Shown: piece by piece, positions 16,656-23,231 of the stretch
How the letters are laid out: each line of letters opens with the position of its first letter
How positions within the stretch are numbered: position 1 is the stretch's first letter
Origin: a virus
Lineage: Duplodnaviria > Caudoviricetes
DNA: 30,747 nucleotides
Strand: one strand, 5' to 3'
Virus record (IMG/VR): IMGVR_UViG_3300044759_000011
Span: 1-30,747 of that record
Program-made: the position numbers and the translations under genes
Notes under the pieces: model-generated
Seen by the model: the letters and a program-made list of their open reading frames with translations, nothing else
Database searches by the model: none
What the model was told of the DNA's origin: nothing

Positions 16656-16766
16656 CTACTGGTCCATCCACTGCGTGATGACGCGAAACGCGAAGCACCA
16701 CCCGAGGGCGAATCCGATCACGAAGCCCACCACCAGGGTGATGAGGCCCATAAGCCAGACTTCCAT
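16656..16766 (-). CDS. Small single-pass membrane protein (36 aa, MEVWLMGLITLVVGFVIGFALGWCFAFRV...)
   Basis: ATG 2 nt after the upstream stop; GxxxG-rich hydrophobic helix; not in the ORF track. Confidence 0.6.
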   Translation of the reverse strand: MEVWLMGLITLVVGFVIGFALGWCFAFRVITQWMDQ

Positions 16767-16768
16767 GA

Positions 16769-17038
16769 TCAGCCGCCCTTCGCGGAGGTGAGGTAGACCT
16801 TCGACAGTTCAAAGGCGGCCCGGTCCATCGCACGCTGGGCCTCCATCTCGGCCATGTAGGCGTCGATGGCCCTGTTGCGATGGCCGGCGGCCATCTCGTT
16901 GTTGATGCCGTATGCCCTGTTGGCGGCCAGGGACTGGGCCTGGGCGGCAATGGTCCAGGCCGATGCGCGCACGTAGGCAATGGCGTATGCCTCGGCCTTG
17001 CCGATCAGCTTGTCGGTCATGGGATCAGAGTAGGTCAT
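16769..17038 (-). CDS. Hypothetical Ala-rich helical early protein (89 aa)
   Basis: GC3-biased frame; purine-rich GAAAGAGAA leader. Confidence 0.7.
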   Translation of the reverse strand: MTYSDPMTDKLIGKAEAYAIAYVRASAWTIAAQAQSLAANRAYGINNEMAAGHRNRAIDAYMAEMEAQRAMDRAAFELSKVYLTSAKGG

Positions 17039-17046
17039 GGGTTCTC

Positions 17047-17067
17047 TTTCAAAGGCCCCGAAGGGCC
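17047..17067 (-). terminator. Intrinsic terminator-like hairpin with C(UUCG)G loop
   Basis: Minus strand GGCCC-TTCG-GGGCC-TTT right after the DUF6011 gene stop. Confidence 0.6.
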
Positions 17068-17077
17068 GGGTGGTGGT

Positions 17078-17737
17078 TCAAAACTTCTCGGCGCAGATCG
17101 GGCCGATGCCGCGCTCGATGGACTCGGGATCGGTCAGGTCGCGGTTGCAGATCGAGCAGCGGCCCGACGCACGGCCGTGCAGGACGGCGGCGGCCTCGGG
17201 ATCCTTCTCGATGGCGAGCAGGGCATCGTTGAGGGTGGCGACGTTGATGCCGGGGCGGGTCCACAGGGTGAGCATGCCGCCCTCGGTGATGCGCCCGACC
17301 ACCTTCTCGGCACCCTCGTGCTTGATCCAGCACAGGGAATCGCCGTTCTTGCGCACGATCTGGATCTGGCCGATGGTCAGCTTCGCCAGCCGCTGCATCA
17401 GGGTGAACAGCTTGGGCAAGGCCGGGGCAACAGGCAGGGCCTGCGGGGCCGCCACGGCCTGCTGGCGGGGCTTGCTCCACTCGACCAGCTTGCGGGCGAA
17501 GTCGGCCTGCTTCTCCGACACGAAGCTGCCGTACTTGATCAGCTTGCCGGCCATGTCGCGGCACGTGGCACCCTTGCCAGCGGCGAAGGCATCGGTGCGC
17601 GCCTCGAATCTGCAGGCGGCTGCGTGCAGTTCCTCGGCCTGCAGCATGGCCGGGGTGTTGCCCTCGGTGGTGCCACGGTCCTGCTCGCGGCGAATGGCGG
17701 GCATCGTGAAGGGGAAGTTGGCGGGGTTGAAGCTCAT
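17078..17737 (-). CDS. DUF6011-domain zinc-binding protein
   Basis: C-terminal GRCSICNRDLTDPESIERGIGPICAEKF; AAGGA RBS before ATG 17737. Confidence 0.85.
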   Translation of the reverse strand: MSFNPANFPFTMPAIRREQDRGTTEGNTPAMLQAEELHAAACRFEARTDAFAAGKGATCRDMAGKLIKYGSFVSEKQADFARKLVEWSKPRQQAVAAPQALPVAPALPKLFTLMQRLAKLTIGQIQIVRKNGDSLCWIKHEGAEKVVGRITEGGMLTLWTRPGINVATLNDALLAIEKDPEAAAVLHGRASGRCSICNRDLTDPESIERGIGPICAEKF

Positions 17738-17774
17738 TTCGTTTCCTTGTTTCGTTTCGTTTGCTGAAGCCCAG

Positions 17775-17804
17775 AGTATATCAGCCCTGGGCTTCAAAGG
17801 GCAA
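17775..17804 (-). promoter_or_regulatory. Leftward promoter TTGCCC-N18-TATACT with AGCCCAGGGCT box in the spacer
   Basis: Read directly from the reverse complement. Confidence 0.7.
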
Positions 17805-17816
17805 AGCCCCTACAGA

Positions 17817-18254
17817 TCAGTAGCCATCGTCGTCCTCCTTCACGAGGGCCGGCTGGGCCTTGGCCTCCTGGCCGCCCAGTTCGGCCAGCATGCGAACGTC
17901 GGCGGCCACTTGCCGCCGCAGGGCATCGATGATGTGGACGGCCTTGAAGGGCAGCCCTGTCAGGTCGTGCGTGTTGGCCGCCAGGGCCTGGGCATCCTCG
18001 CGGGTGAACATGCGGGCCGCACCGGGGCACGTGATGTGCGGGTTGACCACGTGGCCGCTCGGGTCGGTGTCGAACGTGATGGTGTTGCCGTGGCCGTTCT
18101 GGACCACGTAGCCATGCCCTAGCAGCACGCGGCCAAACCGCTCCAGGGCCTTCTGGTTGGCCTCGATGCTGGCCCTCAGGTCCCTGATCAGTTGCGCCCT
18201 GAACAGGTCGGCGGCGGCCTTGGCGCGGGTCTTGATCACTTCGTCGTGGGTCAC
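17817..18254 (-). CDS. Hypothetical early protein (145 aa)
   Basis: GTG start with GAG leader; GC3-biased frame. Confidence 0.75.
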   Translation of the reverse strand: MTHDEVIKTRAKAAADLFRAQLIRDLRASIEANQKALERFGRVLLGHGYVVQNGHGNTITFDTDPSGHVVNPHITCPGAARMFTREDAQALAANTHDLTGLPFKAVHIIDALRRQVAADVRMLAELGGQEAKAQPALVKEDDDGY

Positions 18255-18263
18255 GTTGTTCTC

Positions 18264-18488
18264 TCAGTTGTTGGCGAACGCAGTGTACGTTGAGGACACA
18301 ACGTCGCAGATGGCCGCCAGCAGGGGCAGGGCCAGCAGGATGCCCAGGACGACCAAGCTGGGCATCGAAGGGTTGTTGAGGTTGTCCTGGTTGAAGGCGA
18401 GCCAGAGGCCGCCGTTGATGGCCCAGCCCAGAGGGCACAGGATGATCTGGCGAACGATGGCGAGGAGAGTGGGGGCGAGTAGGTTCAT
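18264..18488 (-). CDS. Small membrane protein with two hydrophobic segments (74 aa)
   Basis: LLAIVRQIILCPLGWAINGGLWLAF and LVVLGILLALPLLAAICDVV. Confidence 0.65.
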   Translation of the reverse strand: MNLLAPTLLAIVRQIILCPLGWAINGGLWLAFNQDNLNNPSMPSLVVLGILLALPLLAAICDVVSSTYTAFANN

Positions 18489-18497
18489 GGTGGTCTT

Positions 18498-18731
18498 TCA
18501 GCGAAGGTTGATGTAGCTGGTCATGCCCAGGGCCTTGGCGAGCCGCACGGCATCGTGGCGGCAGTCCAGGCGGGTGATCAGGTAGGTGGCGAGGGCACGG
18601 CCCTCGATGGTTCGGCACTGGGCCTGCTGCAGTTCGTCGTGCGTCAGGTTGGCCTTCATGCTGGCCTTGTGGTGGGCGTCGATGTCGGCGCGCAGGGTCT
18701 TGGCGAGGGCGGAGATGGAGCGTGCGTTCAT
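18498..18731 (-). CDS. Hypothetical early protein (77 aa, MNARSISALAKTLRAD...)
   Basis: AGGA RBS before ATG 18731; downstream of a promoter at 18766-18795. Confidence 0.7.
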   Translation of the reverse strand: MNARSISALAKTLRADIDAHHKASMKANLTHDELQQAQCRTIEGRALATYLITRLDCRHDAVRLAKALGMTSYINLR

Positions 18732-18765
18732 GGTGGGGTCCTGGTGGTGGTCGGTGCGAGGCTTG

Positions 18766-18795
18766 ATTGTAGCCCAGGGTTGGTACCCTGGGCAA
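18766..18795 (-). promoter_or_regulatory. Leftward promoter TTGCCC-N18-TACAAT overlapping palindrome GCCCAGGG-N7-CCCTGGGC
   Basis: Read directly from the sequence. Confidence 0.75.
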
Positions 18796-18805
18796 GTGTG
18801 GGGGT

Positions 18806-19033
18806 TTAAACGATGCTGTTGAGGTGGAAGCGTGCTTCCCAGCAGCACTTCTCGGCGTGCTCGGTGTTGCGCTCGGCGAACAGTTGGGCATCGGCAATGC
18901 GACGCAGGGCGATCTGCATGTGGGCACCAGCCGGGTGGGCGTGATGCAGCTTGGCCTTGGCGATCTTTCTCGCCTGGGCCTTGAGGACCTTGACAGTGGC
19001 GAGGATCTCGGTGGAGGTGGTGTAGGTGGTCAT
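18806..19033 (-). CDS. Hypothetical early protein (75 aa)
   Basis: AAGGA RBS; own promoter upstream. Confidence 0.75.
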   Translation of the reverse strand: MTTYTTSTEILATVKVLKAQARKIAKAKLHHAHPAGAHMQIALRRIADAQLFAERNTEHAEKCCWEARFHLNSIV

Positions 19034-19068
19034 TTCGTTTCCTTGGTTCGTTTGCTGCTGAGGAGTCT

Positions 19069-19099
19069 ATTGTAGCCCAGGGTTTCAATCCTGGGCTAT
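19069..19099 (-). promoter_or_regulatory. Leftward promoter (-10 TACAAT) overlapping palindrome TAGCCCAGG-N8-CCTGGGCTA
   Basis: Read directly from the sequence; -35 position is TAGCCC. Confidence 0.7.
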
Positions 19100-19109
19100 C
19101 GTAGGGTCT

Positions 19110-19382
19110 TTATTTCCAGATCCACTTGTTGGCCGCATCAGCCTTGGCATCGGCAGCCGCGATGCCTGACTCATACGAGGCATCGGCATCTGCTTGGCAC
19201 GTGATGACCTTGGGGGCGGCCAGGAATCGTGCGAGCCATGCCTCGGCGGCCTTCTTGGTGGTGAAGCCCATCTCGATCACGTCGTCCCCGTAGATCGGGT
19301 CATGTGCGACCACGGCCCAGGTCATGTAGCCCGGACGGTAGCCATTCTCGGTCTTCTTGGTGATGTACTGGTAGGTGGTCAT
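19110..19382 (-). CDS. Hypothetical early protein (90 aa)
   Basis: AAGGA RBS; near-consensus promoter upstream. Confidence 0.75.
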   Translation of the reverse strand: MTTYQYITKKTENGYRPGYMTWAVVAHDPIYGDDVIEMGFTTKKAAEAWLARFLAAPKVITCQADADASYESGIAAADAKADAANKWIWK

Positions 19383-19415
19383 GTTCAGGTCCTTGGTGCG
19401 TTGTTCAGAGATTGC

Positions 19416-19445
19416 AGTATAGCCCAGGGCTTAAAGCCCTGTCAA
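19416..19445 (-). promoter_or_regulatory. Strong sigma70-type promoter TTGACA-N18-TATACT
   Basis: Consensus -35 and 5/6 -10; spacer GGGCTTTAAGCCCTGGGC contains the shared box. Confidence 0.88.
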
Positions 19446-19456
19446 CAGTGGGGCGT

Positions 19457-19819
19457 TTAAACGAAGCTGTAGTTGTCCAGGTCGGTGTCCACGGCCGGGG
19501 CAGCACGCTTGCCCGAGGTGTGGCGGCGGTCGGTGATGTCCCAGCCGCCGATGCCCATGCCCTTCCAGTTGCGGTTCGCCAGGGCGAAGCGCAGCAGGTT
19601 GTTGACCACGTGCGTCTGATCGGTATCGAACATCTCGGCCAGGGCCTCGATGGTGGGTGCCACCTTGCCGTCCAGCCGCAGGGTCTTCACGGCATTGGCC
19701 TCTCGCCATGCACGTTGACGGGCCGCCGCATCGGCGTGCTTGGCAGGGCGGCCACGCTTGGCCTTGGGAGCGGCCTCGACTTGGGCCGGGGAGGTGGTGT
19801 CGATGAATGCTGTCGTCAT
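19457..19819 (-). CDS. Putative DNA-binding protein: AT-hook-like KRGRP plus ribbon-helix-helix-like domain
   Basis: AKRGRPAKH; KTLRLD..V...IEALAE.FD.DQTHVVNNLLRFAL (alternating strand followed by two helices); first leftward gene after the switch region. Confidence 0.65.
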   Translation of the reverse strand: MTTAFIDTTSPAQVEAAPKAKRGRPAKHADAAARQRAWREANAVKTLRLDGKVAPTIEALAEMFDTDQTHVVNNLLRFALANRNWKGMGIGGWDITDRRHTSGKRAAPAVDTDLDNYSFV

Positions 19820-20149
19820 GCTTCTATTATCGGTAGCCTGGGGCTTCACTTGAGGATTATCTGCGAACTGTTACATCTGGCCCCCAGGCCGCCCCAGGTG
19901 GTGCCCCACCCTGGCCGCAGGTGCCCTGTCATAGGGAGGCCCCAGTTCCCCCAGGGTTCCCCAACCTTATATATGGGTACGAATAAGTATTGGTGAACAT
20001 CCAGTTACAGGTGAGGGGGAATGTGGGGGGGTTAAGGCGGCCCAGGTAGGGTGGGGACCCTGTGCGGCCTGTTCTGCCCTATGAACAGCCTCCCTGCGGC
20101 CTGCGGCTGGGCCTTGTGCTGGACCCTGTGCGCGCCTATGCTCGGGGCC
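19820..20149. promoter_or_regulatory. Divergent non-coding switch region between early (-) and packaging/head (+) arms; candidate genome end/pac region
   Basis: Strand switch of all credible ORFs; -10 GATAAT (-) at 19826-19831; TTGTGC-N17-TATGCT (+) at 20114-20142; AT-rich core at ~19967-19991. Confidence 0.65.
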
Positions 20150-20515
20150 ATGGGCACGACTAAAACAGAAGGAAATAGGGACAACCCTAAGATGGGCAGG
20201 GCCGGCAACCCGCTGGCCGGCCGGCAGAAGGGCACGCCCAACAAGGTCACGGGCGAATTCAGGGACACGGTACGTGCCCTGCTGGAGGACAACCGCCACA
20301 ACGTGGCCCTGTGGATCCAGCAGATCGCTGAGGGTGCCCCGGCCGTCTACGACGCCAACGGCAAGCTGGTGTTCCCAGCACGCCCACCCGATCCCGTGGC
20401 GGCGGCCAGCCGGCTGGCCGCCCTGGCCGAATTCGCAGCACCCAAGCTGACCCGCACAGAGGTGACAGGCGAGGCCGGCGGTGCCCTCAACGTGATCATC
20501 CACAAGGTCGCCTGA
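20150..20515 (+). CDS. terS: Terminase small subunit
   Basis: N-terminal GRQKGTPNKVT motif, helical core, C-terminal APKL.RTEVTGE.GGAL.V.I; first gene of the packaging arm. Confidence 0.8.
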   Translation: MGTTKTEGNRDNPKMGRAGNPLAGRQKGTPNKVTGEFRDTVRALLEDNRHNVALWIQQIAEGAPAVYDANGKLVFPARPPDPVAAASRLAALAEFAAPKLTRTEVTGEAGGALNVIIHKVA

Positions 20516-20543
20516 GGCGACATTGCGTTACGGGGAATTGACC

Positions 20544-21068
20544 ATGACATGCGATCACAGGATGGGATGGGCACCAGCGGCTGGTGAAGACTTCAACGGG
20601 TGGTTCCACGTGGAACAACCCGAGGCTGCCAGCATGCCGGCCGAGCCACGCGAGGTGCAGCCCCGGCGTTGGGTGAACCCCAGGTGCATGACCAAGGGGG
20701 ACCACGAGGCCCGCGAGCGTGACCAGCAGATGGGCCGCCTGGGGCTGCCCATGTTCCACGTGGAACAGCCTGGGGTGCTGGTGTTCTACGATGGCCGCAG
20801 TGCGTGCGAGCCTCAGGCATACGAGATGGCGGCCTGCGGCCAGGGCCAGTCCGACATGATCCAGGGCCTGGAGGCCAAGGACCTGTCCGAGGCCCTGGCG
20901 GCCCTCAGGGAGGCCGAGTTGGCGGCGGCGCACGAGGCTGCGGCTGCGCATGCTCGCAGCATGGGCGAGGCGCACCAGCAGCGCATGCTCAAGCTGCAGG
21001 CCGAGGCGCATGCGTGCGTCGGCATGCAGCGCGGCGACAGTGGCTGGCGCGACTGGAACGATGGCTGA
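20544..21068 (+). CDS. Hypothetical protein carrying two parS sites in its coding sequence
   Basis: GGGGA RBS; stop overlaps the next ATG; helical Ala/Glu-rich C-terminus; FHVEQ twice is the translation of the parS palindromes. Confidence 0.55.
   Translation: MTCDHRMGWAPAAGEDFNGWFHVEQPEAASMPAEPREVQPRRWVNPRCMTKGDHEARERDQQMGRLGLPMFHVEQPGVLVFYDGRSACEPQAYEMAACGQGQSDMIQGLEAKDLSEALAALREAELAAAHEAAAAHARSMGEAHQQRMLKLQAEAHACVGMQRGDSGWRDWNDG
20602..20617. promoter_or_regulatory. parS: parS-type ParB binding site GGTTCCACGTGGAACA
   Basis: 15/16 match to the palindrome TGTTCCACGTGGAACA; fits the bacterial chromosomal parS consensus TGTTNCACGTGNAACA. Confidence 0.85.
20752..20767. promoter_or_regulatory. 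parS: parS-type ParB binding site TGTTCCACGTGGAACA (perfect palindrome)
   Basis: Exact 16-bp palindrome matching the chromosomal parS consensus. Confidence 0.9.
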
Positions 21069-21288
21069 CATGCCCAAGCTGTTTAAACTGCTGACAGGTG
21101 GGCGGCCCATGATGCGCAATGGGCTGGCCTTCAGGGACGCAGCCTCGGGTGCGTTCATCTACTTCTGGGTTGACACGCTCGGGCGTCGTTGGCTCGCAGA
21201 GGATGCGTGGTCGCTGCGGCGGGTGCCGGTCGGCCACGGCGAACGTGTGAAGCTGCCCGAGCAGGGCAATGAAGGACCTGGACCATGA
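21061..21288 (+). CDS. Hypothetical protein (75 aa, MADMPKLFKLL...)
   Basis: Overlaps the upstream stop and the downstream start (translational coupling). Confidence 0.6.
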   Translation: MADMPKLFKLLTGGRPMMRNGLAFRDAASGAFIYFWVDTLGRRWLAEDAWSLRRVPVGHGERVKLPEQGNEGPGP

Positions 21289-21530
21289 TGAAGAACGTGT
21301 TGTTGGCCCTTGTGGCCTGTGCGGCGGTCGCCACTGCGAACGCCCAGCCTGGAGGCTGGCGCGAGCGTGATCGGCAGCTTGACCCCGAGATACGCGAGGC
21401 CGTGCGCGACTACTGCCGGATCATGAACCGCCGCAGTGATCGCAACCGCGACGTGCGGCTGCCGCGTGTGTGCTACCGCCTGTTCCCTGGCGTGTACCAG
21501 CCCGCATTCCCGCCCCGGAGGCCGCAATGA
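21285..21530 (+). CDS. Small secreted Arg-rich protein with a Cys pair (81 aa)
   Basis: Signal MMKNVLLALVACAAVATANA|Q; AAGGA RBS; ATGA overlaps at both ends. Confidence 0.75.
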   Translation: MMKNVLLALVACAAVATANAQPGGWRERDRQLDPEIREAVRDYCRIMNRRSDRNRDVRLPRVCYRLFPGVYQPAFPPRRPQ

Positions 21531-21763
21531 AGACCTTCCTCGCCATGGCAGCCGTTGCCATCATCGCCGGCTGCGCCGTCACCACGCCTGATGGGGACAT
21601 CACCGTCACCATCCCGGCCATCGACATCGATGTGCGGCCCGAGCATCGCAACCGTGTCCACCTGACCCGCGAGTGGGTCGAGCGCGGCGTGCGGTACTGC
21701 AGGTACAGCAACGGCTACGTGGACCGGCACCACTGGCGTCAGGAGTGCGCGAGGGCGTACTGA
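21527..21763 (+). CDS. Small lipoprotein (78 aa)
   Basis: GGAGG RBS; MKTFLAMAAVAIIAG|C lipobox; second Cys pair YC...EC. Confidence 0.78.
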   Translation: MKTFLAMAAVAIIAGCAVTTPDGDITVTIPAIDIDVRPEHRNRVHLTREWVERGVRYCRYSNGYVDRHHWRQECARAY

Positions 21764-21873
21764 TGAAGGAGCCGCCCGTCTGGTTCCAGGTGATCATGTA
21801 CGTGATCACCGGTTTGGCGGCCGTCTGGCTGGGTGTCCACTTGGCATGGTGGCTGGGCGGCCTCTTCATATGA
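21763..21873 (+). CDS. Small single-pass membrane protein (36 aa)
   Basis: TGATG overlap upstream and ATGA overlap with terL; hydrophobic VWFQVIMYVITGLAAVWLGVHLAWWLGGLFI. Confidence 0.6.
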   Translation: MKEPPVWFQVIMYVITGLAAVWLGVHLAWWLGGLFI

Positions 21874-23231
21874 CCGATCTGATCCTGCCCAACGGGTTCA
21901 CCCCCCGGCCGCCGCAGAAGGAGTTGATGCGCTACTTCGACCACGGCGGCCTGCGGGCCGCCGCGTGTTGGCCGCGACGGTACGGCAAGGACCTGACCAT
22001 GGTCCACCAGACCGTCAAGATGATGTTTGAACGTCCAGGCATGTACTTCCACATGCTGCCCAACCACAAGCAGGCCAGGAAGGTCATCTGGGACGGGTTC
22101 GACAACACCGGCAGGAAGATCATCGACACCGCCATGCCGGCCAGCATCCGGCAGGACACGAATCGCACAGAGATGAAGATCACGCTGAAGAACGGCGCGA
22201 TCTGGCAGCTTGTAGGCTCGGACTACTACGACAGCATCGTCGGTGCCAACCCATTCGGCCTCGTGATGAGTGAGTCCGCCCTCTCAGACCCCCGGGCGTG
22301 GTCCATATTCCGCCCGATCCTTGCCGGCAACGGAGGCTGGGCAGCCTTTATAAGCACACCCCGGGGCTACAACCACTTTTATGACCTGATGCAGCTTGCG
22401 AAGAAGAATGATCATTGGTACCACAGCCATTTGAGTGTCGAGCACACCCGCCATATCCCGGAATCGGTCCTTTCGGACGAGCGGCACGAGATGCCAGACG
22501 AGTTGTACCGCCAGGAGTACGGGTGCGATTTCAGCGCGGCGAACGTCGGGGCCATTTTCGGCCGCTACATCGAGCAGGCCGAGAAGGAGGGCCGGATCTG
22601 TGCCCTGAACATGCCTGGGGATCATGAGATTTGGGTTACCAGCGACATAGGCTACAGGGACAAGGCCGCGTTCGTCTGGTGGCGGCGGTTCAGGGGCGGC
22701 TTTGAGATATTCCACTACGACGATGGGTCAGGCATGGACGCCGAGGAGTGGTCGGGCCGGCTGGGCAAGCAACCGAAGGCGGACGTGCTGGTGCTGCCCC
22801 ACGACGCGAAGGTGAAGACGTTTCAGAGCAAGCGGTCCACGGTCGAGACATTCCTCGCCAACCCACCCTGGCCCGGTTGCGAGATACGTGTAAACGAGAT
22901 ACGCAAGAAGGCCGACAGCATCAACGCCGGCCGGCTGATGATGCGCAGGGTCAGGATCAGCAACGAACCGGTGTGCGAGCCCTTCGTGATGGCTATGCGC
23001 GCCTACGCCTACAAGTACGACGAGGAAACCAAGACGTTCAGCAGCGAGCCAGAGCACAATTGGGCCTCCCACCCGGCCGATGCGTTCATGGAAGGGGCGG
23101 CGAGGTTGTCCGAGCTTGAGCCGGCACCGCCCAAGAGGACGATCATCGTGCCGTCCATCGACCGGGCCTTTACGCTTGACCAGTTGCACGAGGCGGTCAA
23201 CCCCAACACCCAGCGCAGCGGGAGGATCTGA
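21870..23231 (+). CDS. terL: Terminase large subunit
   Basis: FTPRPPQ adenine-binding motif, WPRRYGKD Walker A, LVMSE Walker B, FISTPRG.NHFY, nuclease SDIGYRD and H.WASHPADAF. Confidence 0.96.
   Translation: MTDLILPNGFTPRPPQKELMRYFDHGGLRAAACWPRRYGKDLTMVHQTVKMMFERPGMYFHMLPNHKQARKVIWDGFDNTGRKIIDTAMPASIRQDTNRTEMKITLKNGAIWQLVGSDYYDSIVGANPFGLVMSESALSDPRAWSIFRPILAGNGGWAAFISTPRGYNHFYDLMQLAKKNDHWYHSHLSVEHTRHIPESVLSDERHEMPDELYRQEYGCDFSAANVGAIFGRYIEQAEKEGRICALNMPGDHEIWVTSDIGYRDKAAFVWWRRFRGGFEIFHYDDGSGMDAEEWSGRLGKQPKADVLVLPHDAKVKTFQSKRSTVETFLANPPWPGCEIRVNEIRKKADSINAGRLMMRRVRISNEPVCEPFVMAMRAYAYKYDEETKTFSSEPEHNWASHPADAFMEGAARLSELEPAPPKRTIIVPSIDRAFTLDQLHEAVNPNTQRSGRI

Noticed and set aside
15655-19460. 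Recurring intergenic sequences as a CRISPR array or integron attC cassettes
   Set aside because: Repeats are degenerate, separated by whole genes and coincide with -10/-35 elements; no integron integrase or attC-like structure seen.
21285-21873. Secreted protein, lipoprotein and membrane protein as a spanin/holin lysis cassette
   Set aside because: The first protein has a cleavable signal and no coiled coil, the lipoprotein is not notably Pro-rich, and no endolysin is nearby; not supportable.
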